A DNA stretch of 64,000 bases from Bacteroidaceae bacterium (GCA_017940565.1 JAGAYH010000021.1:8363-72362); one strand, 5' to 3'; counted from the stretch's first letter, positions 41,070 through 51,881 are shown. The notes: generated by a model not told the origin, from the sequence alone. A program made the numbers and translations.

Positions 41070-43381
41070 TGGAATATCTCGTCTATACCGTTTTCTACAA
41101 TCGTGTCGTTGGGCATGGTGGTGGCGCAGAACTCGAAGTCGGGCGGGATGTTGAACTTGTCGTTCTGAGAATAGCCCAGCGATTTGTCGGCATAGACTTT
41201 CGTCATAAACTTTGCCCAGATGGGAAGGGCCATTGAGGCGCCCTGGCCTTGGGCCATGTTGTCGAAATGTATGTCGCGGTTTTCTCCGCCTACCCAGCAG
41301 CCGGCCACCAGAGCGGGCACCATGCCGATGAACCAGCCGTCGGAGTTGTTGTTCGTCGTACCTGTCTTGCCGGCTATCTCGCCCGTGAAGTTGTATCTGC
41401 TGCGCAGGCGGCGTCCGGTGCCTTGGTCGATGACGGCTTTCAGCATATCGAGCATCTTGTAGGAGCTCTCGGCGCTGATGACCTCGTTGGTGCGGGCGTG
41501 GAAATTGGCCACGGTTTCACCGTTGTTGTCCTCAATCTTTGTCACGAACAGGGGAGCCACGCGTATGCCGCTGCCCACGAAGGCGGTGTAGGCACTCACC
41601 ATTTCGCCCACCGAGATGTCGCAGGGACCGAGGCACAGGGACATGGACGGGTGGATGTCGAGACTGTTTATGCCGAAGTTACGCAGCAGTTCCAGCAGGG
41701 CATGGGGATTGAGTTTGCTCATCAGGTAGGCCGATATCCAGTTGTTCGACTGCGAGAGTCCCCACTTCAGCGTCACCTGTTGGCCATAGCGCGCCTTGTT
41801 GGCATTGCGAGGCGTCCAAGGTTTGCCGGCCACGATGTAAGTGCGCTGCACGTTGGGCGCCACGTCGCAGGGCGAGTAGCCATTCTCCATGGCCAGCGAA
41901 TACAGGTATGGCTTAATGGTAGAGCCTATCTGACGTCGGCCCGACATGCACATGTCATATTGGAAACTGGCATAGTCTATGCCGCCCACATAGGCCTTCA
42001 CGCCGCCCGTTTCAGGGTCTATGGCCATGAAACCGGTGCGCAAGAATGATTTGTAGTAGAGGATGGAGTCGAGCGGGCTCATCAGCGTGTCGATGTCACC
42101 GCGGTATGAGAACAGGCTCATGCGCACTTTTTGGCGGAACACTTTGTCTATCTCGCTTTCGCTCATACCGGCTTTCTTCAACAGGCGGTAACGGTCGCTC
42201 TGGGCTATGTTGCGGTGAACGATTTCCTTAATCTGCTGCGGCGACAGTGAGGACGAGAAGGGGAACGACGCCTTGTGGCCCTTGGCTTTTTCGAATTCGG
42301 GCTGCAGATATCCCGCCATATGCTCGCGGACGGCGTCTTCGGCATAGCGTTGCATGCGGGAGTCGATGGAAGTATAGATTCTCAGGCCGTCGGTATAGAT
42401 ATTGTAGGGCGTACCGTCCTTTTTGAAGTTTTTATTGCACCAGCCGTAGAGCGGATCGCTTTCCCAGGCAATGGAATCGTCGTGATACTGCTGCGCTTGC
42501 CACTCGAAATACTGGCTCTTGACAGGTTTCTTGGCCATCATGATGCGGCGGAGATATTCGCGGAGGTAAGTGGCCAGGCCTTCCTTGTGAGAAACACGCT
42601 GGAAGTGGACGCCCAGCGGCTGTTGCTGCAAGGTGTCACACTCTGCCGACGAGATGTAGCCGGCGTCGCGCATCAGGCCGAGCACCACGTTGCGCCTGTC
42701 GCGCACGCGCTCGGGCTCGCGTATGGGATTGTAGAACGAGGGATTCTTGCACATGCCCACAAGCATGGCCGACTCGGCCACGCTGAGCTCCTTCGGCGTC
42801 TTGTTGAAATATATCTTTGCCGCCGACTTGATGCCAACGGCGTGATGGAGGAAGTCGAAGTAGTTAAGGTAAAGCGTCAGGATTTCGTCTTTCGAATAGT
42901 AGCGCTCCAGCTTCACCGCTATCACCCATTCTATCGTCTTCTGCAGCAGTCGCTCCGTCGTGCTGCCGGCTGAGGCGGTGTAGAGCTGTTTGGCCAGCTG
43001 CTGAGTGATGGTACTGCCGCCGCCGGCGCCTTTGTGGCCCAGCAGTCCGCGTTTCACGATGGCTCGGCCCAAAGAACGGAAGTCGATACCGTTGTGTTCA
43101 TAAAAACGTTTGTCTTCAGTGGCAATCAGAGCCTGCATCATAGAGGGCGCAATTTCGTCATGGGGCACAAAGACACGGTTTTCGTTGAGCGACCAAGTGC
43201 CCAAGAGCACATTATCCGCCGTCAGCACCTGAGAAGCATAGCGGCTGATGGGATTTTCAAGCTCTTCGATGGGCGGCACATAGCCTATCCATCCGTTGGC
43301 AATGGCCGTAAAGAACAGCACCACTGCGCCAACGAGGCCTAAGAGCGAGCCCCAGAGGACTTTAACGATTTTACTTTTCAT
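41066..43381 (-). CDS. mrcA: class A penicillin-binding protein (PBP1A: glycosyltransferase plus transpeptidase)
   Basis: The GT51 motif is EDKRFYEHNGID. The transpeptidase motifs are STIKP, SQSNN and KTGTT. There is an N-terminal membrane anchor. Confidence 0.85.
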   Translation of the reverse strand: MKSKIVKVLWGSLLGLVGAVVLFFTAIANGWIGYVPPIEELENPISRYASQVLTADNVLLGTWSLNENRVFVPHDEIAPSMMQALIATEDKRFYEHNGIDFRSLGRAIVKRGLLGHKGAGGGSTITQQLAKQLYTASAGSTTERLLQKTIEWVIAVKLERYYSKDEILTLYLNYFDFLHHAVGIKSAAKIYFNKTPKELSVAESAMLVGMCKNPSFYNPIREPERVRDRRNVVLGLMRDAGYISSAECDTLQQQPLGVHFQRVSHKEGLATYLREYLRRIMMAKKPVKSQYFEWQAQQYHDDSIAWESDPLYGWCNKNFKKDGTPYNIYTDGLRIYTSIDSRMQRYAEDAVREHMAGYLQPEFEKAKGHKASFPFSSSLSPQQIKEIVHRNIAQSDRYRLLKKAGMSESEIDKVFRQKVRMSLFSYRGDIDTLMSPLDSILYYKSFLRTGFMAIDPETGGVKAYVGGIDYASFQYDMCMSGRRQIGSTIKPYLYSLAMENGYSPCDVAPNVQRTYIVAGKPWTPRNANKARYGQQVTLKWGLSQSNNWISAYLMSKLNPHALLELLRNFGINSLDIHPSMSLCLGPCDISVGEMVSAYTAFVGSGIRVAPLFVTKIEDNNGETVANFHARTNEVISAESSYKMLDMLKAVIDQGTGRRLRSRYNFTGEIAGKTGTTNNNSDGWFIGMVPALVAGCWVGGENRDIHFDNMAQGQGASMALPIWAKFMTKVYADKSLGYSQNDKFNIPPDFEFCATTMPNDTIVENGIDEIFQ

Positions 43382-43661
43382 CTATACAACATTTCTTTTC
43401 GCCATAAGGCAGCACCGCATCTGCAAACGGTGTTCTGCAAAGTTACAAATACTTTTCGGACTATTCGGCCTACAAAGCATAAAATAAGGTTATACGCCAC
43501 CCGAGAAAATCAGGCAGACACCCGCGGCACCATGTCTGACCTCTGAAAAACAAAGCGGAACAACCGGAAAACAATGCCCCTCCCCGGCTGCCTGCAAGGG
43601 GTTTTCAGCCGCCCGGCCGACTTTTTTCGCCCAAGAACTTCCGTATCTCGGCTTTTTTATA

Positions 43662-43669
43662 TAGTTTTG
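43662..43669 (+). promoter_or_regulatory. -7 box TAGTTTTG upstream of pheS
   Basis: Exact TAnnTTTG match 35 nt upstream of the ATG at 43705. Confidence 0.4.
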
Positions 43670-43704
43670 CACTCTCAATCGAACAAAACAAAACAAGTAC
43701 TCAC

Positions 43705-44736
43705 ATGGACTTGAAATCAAAAATAGAAGACCTCCTGAATGAAGTGGCAGAGCTGAAAGCCAGTAACGACAAGGAACTGGAAGCCCTGCGCATCAAGTAT
43801 CTCAGCAAGAAAGGCGTGGTCAGCGAACTGATGAACGAGTTCCGCACCGTAGCCCCCGAAGCAAAGAAAGAAATAGGCATCCGCATCAACAAGCTCAAGA
43901 CCGAAGCCCTGGAAAAGATCAACGGCCTCAGAGAGCAGTTGCTGGCCTCTGCCGTGACGGAATCGGCCGAGAACCTCGACCTCACCCGCACGGCCTACCC
44001 CGTTCCCCTGGGCACACGTCACCCCATCAGCCTCGTCAAGAACGAAATTATCGACATCTTCTCGCGACTTGGCTTCTGTCTGGCCGACGGTCCCGAAATC
44101 GAAGACGACTGGCATGTGTTCTCATCCATGAACTTTCCCGCCGACCATCCGGCACGCGACATGCAAGACACCTTCTTCATCGAGGCCCACCCCGACATCA
44201 TCCTGCGCACACACACCAGTTCTGTACAGTCGCGCGTCATGGAAAAACAGCAACCGCCCATCCGCGTCATCTGTCCCGGACGTGTTTACCGCAATGAGAC
44301 CATCAGCGCCCGCGCCCACTGCTTCTTCCATCAGGTGGAAGGGCTCTACGTGGACGAAAAAGTGTCGTTTGCCGATTTGAAGCAAGTACTGCTGCTTTTT
44401 GCCCAGGAAATGTTCGGCAAAGACACCAAGATACGCCTCCGCCCCTCCTACTTCCCCTTCACAGAGCCCTCGGCCGAGATGGACATCAGCTGTAACATCT
44501 GCGGCGGCAAGGGATGCAGTTTCTGCAAACACACCGGTTGGGTGGAAATTCTCGGCTGCGGCATGGTCGACCCCGCAGTGCTCGATGCCTGCGGCATAGA
44601 CAGTTCAAAATACATGGGCTACGCCTTCGGCTTGGGCGTGGAGCGCATCACTAACCTCAAATACCAGATCAAAGACCTGCGCATGTTCTCGGAGAACGAC
44701 AAACGTTTCCTTGAGGAATTCACGGCTGCCAACTGA
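43705..44736 (+). CDS. pheS: phenylalanine--tRNA ligase alpha subunit
   Basis: 343 aa with class II aaRS motifs (HPARDMQDTFF, FRNE-like YRNETISARAH, GFAFGLGVERI). Confidence 0.9.
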   Translation: MDLKSKIEDLLNEVAELKASNDKELEALRIKYLSKKGVVSELMNEFRTVAPEAKKEIGIRINKLKTEALEKINGLREQLLASAVTESAENLDLTRTAYPVPLGTRHPISLVKNEIIDIFSRLGFCLADGPEIEDDWHVFSSMNFPADHPARDMQDTFFIEAHPDIILRTHTSSVQSRVMEKQQPPIRVICPGRVYRNETISARAHCFFHQVEGLYVDEKVSFADLKQVLLLFAQEMFGKDTKIRLRPSYFPFTEPSAEMDISCNICGGKGCSFCKHTGWVEILGCGMVDPAVLDACGIDSSKYMGYAFGLGVERITNLKYQIKDLRMFSENDKRFLEEFTAAN

Positions 44737-44760
44737 CACGTTTGGCAACAACCATACAAA

Positions 44761-44790
44761 GAGGGCCGCAAACTTTTGTTTGCGGCCCTC
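44761..44790. terminator. perfect 13-bp hairpin between convergent genes
   Basis: GAGGGCCGCAAAC - tttt - GTTTGCGGCCCTC. Confidence 0.6.
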
Positions 44791-44799
44791 TGCCATGGG

Positions 44800-45375
44800 T
44801 TATACCGGCAGTTCTTTCGGTTTTACATTGCCTAAATAAACAAAGGAGAAATTACGTCCTTTGGCTGAGGGGAACTGGCTGCGCATGTCCACATCCTGGC
44901 GGTTGCGCAGATGCTCCACGATGCGCTCATAGCAGTCCATGGGGCTGTTGGCCTTGCACATGGCGCGGAAACGGGTGTCCTTGTACTGGAATTTATTGGT
45001 TCCGGGAATGGCAATGACCCGTTTGAAATTGAGCGTACCGTCATACCATCCGGGTATCTCCTCGCTCAGCATGTTGGTGCGCAGCTTCTTCGAGTCCACA
45101 CCCTGGAAATCGCCGTCCGGCTCCATCCTGCTGCGGTTCAACTTGAACTCTTCGAGCGTGTTGGCTTCAGTTTTTATCACGATAAAGTAAACATGGGAAT
45201 GCACTTTATAGCGTTTCGGATAAGAAATCGGGGACTGGGCGAACATGGAGAGGTCGTCGATGAAGTCATCGTCGATGACAAAGTCGGTAAGTTCAAGACT
45301 GCGCAGGAAATCGAGGGCTTCGTCCAAATTGTGAGCCACCGTTTCATCGTTGAAATAGCGAATGTACAGATTCAT
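44800..45375 (-). CDS. hypothetical protein
   Basis: 191 aa after the start was moved to the ATG at 45375 (MNLYIRYFNDE...). The longer ORF would run into tRNA-Gly. Confidence 0.55.
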   Translation of the reverse strand: MNLYIRYFNDETVAHNLDEALDFLRSLELTDFVIDDDFIDDLSMFAQSPISYPKRYKVHSHVYFIVIKTEANTLEEFKLNRSRMEPDGDFQGVDSKKLRTNMLSEEIPGWYDGTLNFKRVIAIPGTNKFQYKDTRFRAMCKANSPMDCYERIVEHLRNRQDVDMRSQFPSAKGRNFSFVYLGNVKPKELPV

Positions 45376-45459
45376 AAAAATCCAACCGTTTTTGTTTTCA
45401 TTTATAATTATACATATACCCTTATTGCTTTTGTCCGTTCGCAATAAGACATAAAAAAG

Positions 45460-45532
<73 letters not shown>

Positions 45533-45551
45533 ATTGCTCTTATGATTTTAG

Positions 45552-45635
45552 TGAAGAGAAGGAGACTCGAACTCCCACGTCACAATTGACACTACCCCCT
45601 CAAAGTAGCGCGTCTACCAATTCCGCCATCTCTCC
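45552..45635 (-). tRNA. tRNA-Leu (GAG)
   Basis: Manual fold: acceptor GGAGAGA, anticodon loop TTGAGGG, long variable arm, T-loop TTCGAGT. Confidence 0.8.
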
Positions 45636-45651
45636 AAACTATCAAAGAGTG

Positions 45652-45733
45652 TGCCCAGAACAGGACTCGAACCTGCATGCCTTTCGACACACGCACCTGA
45701 AACGTGCGCGTCTACCAATTCCGCCACCTGGGC
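45652..45733 (-). tRNA. tRNA-Leu (CAG)
   Basis: Manual fold: acceptor GCCCAGG, anticodon loop TTCAGGT, long variable arm, T-loop TTCGAGT. Confidence 0.8.
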
Positions 45734-45747
45734 TCCAATAAGACAAG

Positions 45748-45820
<73 letters not shown>

Positions 45821-45850
45821 ATTGCTACCGGCGTTCCTCTAAACGCAGTG

Positions 45851-45858
45851 CAAAAGTA
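45851..45858 (-). promoter_or_regulatory. -7 box TACTTTTG for the tRNA cluster
   Basis: Exact TAnnTTTG match 30 nt upstream of the first tRNA 5' end (45820). Confidence 0.5.
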
Positions 45859-45955
45859 CAACATTATTTTATTCCGACAAAAAAAATAGATGTTTTTTTC
45901 TGTCTGATGTCATTTTTATTCTGTCAAAGATGCCTCAGGCGATGTCCCACACGCG

Positions 45956-47155
45956 TCAGCACATGCGGTCACGGTAGTCTTCGTAAGAGAACCGGCGCAG
46001 GAGCAACTTGCTGCCATCGGCACGCAACAGCGCGATCGAGGGATGGGCCACGCCGTTGAACATGTTGGTCTTCACCGTCGTGTAGTGTATCATGTCCTCA
46101 AAGACAACCGTCTCTCCCACCCGCAGCTCGTGGTCAAACTGCCACAGGCCCATGTAGTCGCCGCTCAGACAACTGTTTCCTCCCAGCCGGTACACATACG
46201 GCCCCCGGCGCACAGCCTCGGGACAGGTCTCTTCGGGCAACGTCATGGCTCCGCGCACGGCGGGATGATAGGGCATTTCCAAACAATCGGGCATGTGGCA
46301 GGTGAAGCTTACGTTAAGTATAGCCGTCCTGATGCCATGGTTTTCCACCACATCCACCACGGTGGACCGCAGGTAGCCGGTTTGCCAAAGGAAGGCGGAG
46401 CCCGGTTCCAGGAACAGCGTCAAGTTGGGATGGCGCTGGCGGAAACGGCGCAGGGTGTCGATGAGCAGTTCCACATGATAGCCCTCGCGGGTCATCAGAT
46501 GGCCGCCGCCCATGTTGAGCCATTTCAGACGGGGAAGCCACCGGCCGAAGCGCTGCTCAACGTTGTCAAGCACTTTGACCAGCGATGTGGCATCGTTCTC
46601 GCACAGACAGTGGAAATGGAACCCTTCAAGTCCTTCGGGCAACTGGTCTGGCATATCCTGAGCCAGCACTCCGAAACGCGAACCGGGAGCACAGGGGTTG
46701 TAGAGTTCCGTCTCTATCTCGGAATATTCGGGATTGATGCGCAAACCCAGCGACACGGGGTGACCGGCTGCCTTGACGTAGGGAGCGAACCGCACCAGCT
46801 GTGAAAGAGAATTCATGGTCACGTGGCCGCTGCAAGCCAGGATTTCACCAAACGTAGCTTCGTCGTAGGCGGGTGAATACGTGTGGGTGAGACACCCGAA
46901 TTCTTCAGCCGAAAGACGGGCTTCGTAGAGCGAACTGGCGGTGGTGTGGCTGATATATTCCTTGAATATAGGAAAACTCTTCCACAAGGCGAATGCTTTT
47001 AGGGCCAGAATGATTTCAACTCCGCTCTCGCGCGCCACACGGGAGATGAAGTCCAGATTATGGCGCAAGCGGGTTTCTTCCATCACGTAGCAGGGTGACG
47101 GAAATGTTTCTACAATTTGACCTTTCAGCATTATTTTCAGACGGTGGTTATACAA
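45956..47155 (-). CDS. nspC: carboxynorspermidine/carboxyspermidine decarboxylase-like PLP enzyme
   Basis: 399 aa. The N-terminal PSPCYVMEETRLRHNL and the overall length match NspC-type group IV decarboxylases as I recall them. An alternative start is the ATG at 47131. Confidence 0.6.
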   Translation of the reverse strand: MYNHRLKIMLKGQIVETFPSPCYVMEETRLRHNLDFISRVARESGVEIILALKAFALWKSFPIFKEYISHTTASSLYEARLSAEEFGCLTHTYSPAYDEATFGEILACSGHVTMNSLSQLVRFAPYVKAAGHPVSLGLRINPEYSEIETELYNPCAPGSRFGVLAQDMPDQLPEGLEGFHFHCLCENDATSLVKVLDNVEQRFGRWLPRLKWLNMGGGHLMTREGYHVELLIDTLRRFRQRHPNLTLFLEPGSAFLWQTGYLRSTVVDVVENHGIRTAILNVSFTCHMPDCLEMPYHPAVRGAMTLPEETCPEAVRRGPYVYRLGGNSCLSGDYMGLWQFDHELRVGETVVFEDMIHYTTVKTNMFNGVAHPSIALLRADGSKLLLRRFSYEDYRDRMC

Positions 47156-47211
47156 TGTGGCCGGATGCCGCCGCCTGCTGACGGCAACATCCGGCTACTG
47201 AGCTTTTATAA

Positions 47212-48252
47212 TTACATTACACCGCGGCGGCGCAATTCTTCCTGCCATTTCCAGGCACTCAACAGGGCTTCGGCCAGCGTATGTTCGGCTTTCCATCCGA
47301 GCACCTTGTTGGCTTTGTCCACATTGCCCCACACCTGTTCGATATCGCCGGCGCGGCGTCCCACTATCTTGTAGGGCAGCTTCACGCCGGTGCATTCTTC
47401 AAACGTGTTGATCAGTTCCAGAACGGAGTTTCCCTTGCCTGTGCCCACATTGAACACATCGACAGCCTGTTCCATCTTGCCGTCCAAAATATGTGCCATG
47501 GCGCAGACGTGGGCTTTGGCCAAATCGACCACATATATGAAGTCGCGTATGCAGGAACCGTCGGGCGTGTCATAGTCATCGCCGAAGACACTCAGTTCCT
47601 TGCGGATGCCAATGGCGGTCTGCGTCAGATAAGGGATGAGATTGGCCGGCACGCCGTTGGGCATTTCTCCGATGATGGCCGAGGGATGGGCGCCGATGGG
47701 GTTGAAGTAACGCAGCAGAATGGCTTTGACGGGAGCGCCGCTCTTGATGTAATCCTGTATGATTTCTTCACAAATCTGTTTCGTGTTGCCATAGGGACTT
47801 TCGGCCTTCTTGATGGGAGCCTGCTCGGTTACGGGCAGATTCTCCTTGTCCGGTTGTCCGTACACGGTGCACGAGCTGGAGAAGATGATGCCTTTTACGT
47901 CGTACTTGGGCATGAGTTCCAGCAGATTCATCAGGGAATTCAGGTTGTTGCGGTAATATAGCAACGGCTTGAACACACTTTCGCCCACCGCCTTGCTGGC
48001 TGCGAAGTGGATAATGCCTTCTATACCCTTGTATTTCTGGAACACGGCTTCCAGGGCGGGCACATCGTTGCAATCGACTTTCTCGAAAGCGGGCCGGACG
48101 CCCGTAATCTGTTCTATACCGTCCACTACATCTGCATTAGAGTTGGACAAATTGTCTACAATGACGACATCATAGCCGGCATTTATCAATTCCACGGTCG
48201 TATGTGAGCCAATGAAGCCCGTACCACCGGTTACCAATATTGTACGATTCAT
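47212..48252 (-). CDS. galE: UDP-glucose 4-epimerase
   Basis: The Rossmann motif is ILVTGGTGFIGSH, with a YGNTK catalytic motif. 346 aa. Confidence 0.9.
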   Translation of the reverse strand: MNRTILVTGGTGFIGSHTTVELINAGYDVVIVDNLSNSNADVVDGIEQITGVRPAFEKVDCNDVPALEAVFQKYKGIEGIIHFAASKAVGESVFKPLLYYRNNLNSLMNLLELMPKYDVKGIIFSSSCTVYGQPDKENLPVTEQAPIKKAESPYGNTKQICEEIIQDYIKSGAPVKAILLRYFNPIGAHPSAIIGEMPNGVPANLIPYLTQTAIGIRKELSVFGDDYDTPDGSCIRDFIYVVDLAKAHVCAMAHILDGKMEQAVDVFNVGTGKGNSVLELINTFEECTGVKLPYKIVGRRAGDIEQVWGNVDKANKVLGWKAEHTLAEALLSAWKWQEELRRRGVM

Positions 48253-48275
48253 ATTATAATTATTAAGTTTCTTTA

Positions 48276-49610
48276 CTAAAAGTCTATGTTAAACCCGAGG
48301 GTGAAGCTTTCCTGATATTCTATCTTCCGTTTGCCGTCCCTGTCGCGCCGGCTGTAGTCGAAGCGCGGATAAAGGTAGAGGGTCGTGTTCAGATATTTGT
48401 TGATGGAGAACCGGAGCGTGTTTTCAAATTCCCAACGATAGAAGCTGTAATCGGTAAAATAGTCCAGACGCGATGTCCAGCTGAGGTCTTTGAGAATATT
48501 CATACTGAAGTTCACCGAAATGTTGGAACCGTAGTATTCCTTGAAGTGATGGTGGGGCTTCAGTCCGTGGCGCGTTTCCAGATTTGCCCTTGCCACGTAG
48601 CGGTAGTCGAAGGAGAGAGGGGCCAGATGGACTTTCAGCGAGAATTTTTTGTTCAGGTTATAGTCCATACCGATTGAAAGGTTGGTGCTGAAGGGCGAGA
48701 AAATGTCTGAAATGGCCGTATGGCTGTTCATGTTGTATTTGGGCAGGATTTGCGTCACGCTGTTCAGCTGCAAAGAGTATGACCATTTTCCTATGGCCTT
48801 TATGTTAAGGTTGTTCACCATACGCATTTCGTTCGATGTGGGCGTCCACTTGTGTATGGTGTCACCTTTGACGGTCTGCATGCCCAGTCGGGCCGCAAAG
48901 GTGGTTACGAAGACGATCTTGCGCTGGTCGTTGTAGGTCAGGTTATAGTTTGCCGTGCCCAGGAACGAATTGTAGTTGTTGCCACCCTTGTACCAGTTGT
49001 CGGAGAAATGGAATTGCTGCAGGTTAACCCCGTAACTGTGCTTCAGTGTCCAGAAGTTCGGCCGCCGGTTGACAATCTGCACTGGCTCCACTACCTCTTC
49101 GGGCGCTTTAGGTTTGAGTTTGTCCGAAAGAGATACTTCCGAGTCTATTTTATCATTGACATCGGTGCGCAGGCCCGAGGTTTCGGCCAACAGTTTTTCA
49201 TCCTGGCTGATGTATTGCGGGTTGGAAATGTAGAATTGAGCCAACATGTCGTTCATGGCACTGTCTCTTTTCAGTTGCAGGTCGCCTTGCAGCAGGCCGG
49301 AGGAGAATGTGCGGGCCGGCGTGCCGTATTTGCTCTGCCAGATGTTGTCCATCGTCTGGTTGATGGGCGAATAATAGAATGTCGGTTTCAGAAACAGGCG
49401 GTAGTAGTAGGGATTTTTCAGCAAATCGTTTCCGCGATAGGTCCACGTGGAGTCGTAATAGGTCTTCAGTTGAGCCAGCGAATCGGAGTAACGCTGCACT
49501 ATTTCATCGGCGAAAGTCGTTGGATTGACTTTCACCCGCCGCATACGCTGGGCTGAGGCTATGCTAAGGCTGAGCACGGCCAACATGAACAACAGGAGAC
49601 TTTTCTTCAT
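48276..49610 (-). CDS. predicted outer-membrane beta-barrel protein of unknown function
   Basis: 444 aa with a signal peptide (MKKSLLLFMLAVLSLSIASAQ). The C-terminal half has alternating hydrophobic residues and ends in a terminal F. Confidence 0.55.
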   Translation of the reverse strand: MKKSLLLFMLAVLSLSIASAQRMRRVKVNPTTFADEIVQRYSDSLAQLKTYYDSTWTYRGNDLLKNPYYYRLFLKPTFYYSPINQTMDNIWQSKYGTPARTFSSGLLQGDLQLKRDSAMNDMLAQFYISNPQYISQDEKLLAETSGLRTDVNDKIDSEVSLSDKLKPKAPEEVVEPVQIVNRRPNFWTLKHSYGVNLQQFHFSDNWYKGGNNYNSFLGTANYNLTYNDQRKIVFVTTFAARLGMQTVKGDTIHKWTPTSNEMRMVNNLNIKAIGKWSYSLQLNSVTQILPKYNMNSHTAISDIFSPFSTNLSIGMDYNLNKKFSLKVHLAPLSFDYRYVARANLETRHGLKPHHHFKEYYGSNISVNFSMNILKDLSWTSRLDYFTDYSFYRWEFENTLRFSINKYLNTTLYLYPRFDYSRRDRDGKRKIEYQESFTLGFNIDF

Positions 49611-49681
49611 GCGTTATTCTATGCTTACACCTGCAAAGGTAAGCATTTATTGCGAGAATGTGACGGATTTGACAAAGATTA

Positions 49682-50623
49682 TCACAACCACGATTTCCTG
49701 CGGAACAGGAAATAGCCCACGCCTGCCACAGCCAGTGAGAAGCCTGCCACGAGTGGGAAGCCCCACCATTTATTTTCCATGCCGTTGATGAGGTTCATGC
49801 CATACAAGCTGGCAATCAGCGTGGGGAACATCAGAATGATGGAGATGGAGGTCATGGTTTTCATCACGCCGCTCATATTGTTGTTGATGATACTGGCGTA
49901 TGTTTCCATCGTCGAGTCGAGAATGTTCGTGTAAATATTGGTTGTTTCGCGCGCCTGATTCATTTCGATGGTCACGTCTTCGATCAGGTCGGCGTCAAGT
50001 TCATCGACGGGCAGCTTGAACTTCAGTTTCGACAGCAGAGTTTCGTTGCCGCGGATCGATGTGACGAAATAGGTCAGGCTGTCTTGAAGCCGTGACAGGC
50101 CAATCAGGTCTTCGTTGCTGATTTTATGGTCCAGTTTGTGTTTATATTCGTCAATGAGCGAACTGATTTGCTTCAGGCGCTTCAGATACCAGACGGAGGA
50201 GGAAAGGAACAGGCGGAAGACCAAATCGACTGCATCGGTGAAGCCCTGGTTGCGCTTTTGCTGATACGAAACAAAGTCTATCATCATGTTGGTTTCGTAG
50301 TTGCACACCGTGACACAGATATCCTTGTTCAGTATTATGCCCAAGGGCACCGTAGTATGGGGCGTGCGGCTACGGACTTCCTTCACGTAGGGAATACGCA
50401 GGATAATGAGCACCCACCCGTCGTCAAACTCGTAACGGGAGCGCTCGTCTTTGTCTCGGATGTCGTCAAGAAAGTAGTCAGGTACCTTCAACTCTTCCAT
50501 TAAGAACTTTTCGTCGTCCTCATTTGGGCAGGTCACCTGAGCCCAACAGTTGGGCTCCCACTCTTGAAGCGTACGCAGCGTACGGTCGTAATTCCAAAAT
50601 GTTCGCATCTTCAGTTCCTCCAA
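49682..50623 (-). CDS. corA: CorA-family magnesium/cobalt transporter
   Basis: YGMN signature (ASLYGMNLING) followed by two C-terminal TM helices. Confidence 0.8.
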   Translation of the reverse strand: MEELKMRTFWNYDRTLRTLQEWEPNCWAQVTCPNEDDEKFLMEELKVPDYFLDDIRDKDERSRYEFDDGWVLIILRIPYVKEVRSRTPHTTVPLGIILNKDICVTVCNYETNMMIDFVSYQQKRNQGFTDAVDLVFRLFLSSSVWYLKRLKQISSLIDEYKHKLDHKISNEDLIGLSRLQDSLTYFVTSIRGNETLLSKLKFKLPVDELDADLIEDVTIEMNQARETTNIYTNILDSTMETYASIINNNMSGVMKTMTSISIILMFPTLIASLYGMNLINGMENKWWGFPLVAGFSLAVAGVGYFLFRRKSWL

Positions 50624-50761
50624 CGTTTCTCAGGGACGGGAGGCAAGCACTCCGATGCGGGTGCGAACATCCTGTCCTTCTACCGTTTATTTTCCGCGAA
50701 ATAGTCGTCCATTATTCGTTTAAGAATGGTTTCCGTGTGCAAATTTACGAAAAATCCCCAA

Positions 50762-51799
50762 CTACAAGCCCTCCGGAGCCGAAAAAATCGGTCTTTTCTT
50801 ATGATACCCGACCAAATAAGTGCCTATTGGCAATAGAGACAAGACATAGGAGATAACAAAAGACAGGAACAAAGTTAAAATTATGGTTATAACAATTTGA
50901 AAGAAACCACCGTGTGAAGTAACAAAGGAGATGTGCCATATAAAATGGCGCATCACTAATATATGAATTAAATATACACCAAACGAAAGATTACTAAATA
51001 AGACAATCCACGATTTTATATTTCTACGTTCAAATATTCGACGAATGATATCAAACCAAGCGATGCACATCATAGCCACAAAAAGACTCAAATACCAAAA
51101 AACCGAATAAAAGTCCACTACTAGCCCTTTTATCTTGCACACAATAGCAACTATAATGGGTACAACCAACAGTAACAGACTCACAGGTAACGGCCAACGA
51201 GGTTTGAAACGTTGCATATAGTAGCCCAGAATGAAATAACCACCATATCCGGCAAAATAATACAACATGGAGTTATTACCTTCCTGCACTGTTAGAAAGA
51301 GTTTCAGCATGGGCCAGCACAAAGTACACCCCCATAATGCCAAAAGCAACTCCACGTCGCGGCAGGAAGCCTGTTTCAACCACGGGGAAACTACTACGGC
51401 CATCAAATACAAGCCACAGAGTACGTACATAAACCATGTAACACCATAGGCTTGCGATGAGAAAGGAATTGAAAGAATCGTGTGAGGTAATTCATCTATT
51501 CTTATGCGCCCTTCGATAATACATACAAACATATATACAAAGGTCCATATCAATGTAGGCCATACCACTTTTCCCAAACGGCGTTTTAGGAATTGCCAAC
51601 TAGTTACCTGTACAGGCAAAAGCAATGCACCGCTCACCATGAAGAACAAGCCGATACACGGCGCAGTCAGGAAAGACACGGTACTCAGTAACATACCACT
51701 CGTACCCATACCAGGCATTGGGGCATGCATCACTATGACCATCACACACGCTAAGAGCCGCACAAGGTCCAAATAATAAATTCGATTTTTCGCTGTCAT
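50762..51799 (-). CDS. acyltransferase family 3 membrane protein
   Basis: 345 aa with about 10 TM helices. The N-terminal YYLDLVRLLACVMVIVMH is typical of the acyltransferase_3 family. Confidence 0.7.
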   Translation of the reverse strand: MTAKNRIYYLDLVRLLACVMVIVMHAPMPGMGTSGMLLSTVSFLTAPCIGLFFMVSGALLLPVQVTSWQFLKRRLGKVVWPTLIWTFVYMFVCIIEGRIRIDELPHTILSIPFSSQAYGVTWFMYVLCGLYLMAVVVSPWLKQASCRDVELLLALWGCTLCWPMLKLFLTVQEGNNSMLYYFAGYGGYFILGYYMQRFKPRWPLPVSLLLLVVPIIVAIVCKIKGLVVDFYSVFWYLSLFVAMMCIAWFDIIRRIFERRNIKSWIVLFSNLSFGVYLIHILVMRHFIWHISFVTSHGGFFQIVITIILTLFLSFVISYVLSLLPIGTYLVGYHKKRPIFSAPEGL

Positions 51800-51881
51800 T
51801 GGTCGGACATTTAAAATCAGATACTAAAGAACAGACACAAGAAAGCGTACACCTCTCCGATTGCATTGCTGTGCTAAGGCT

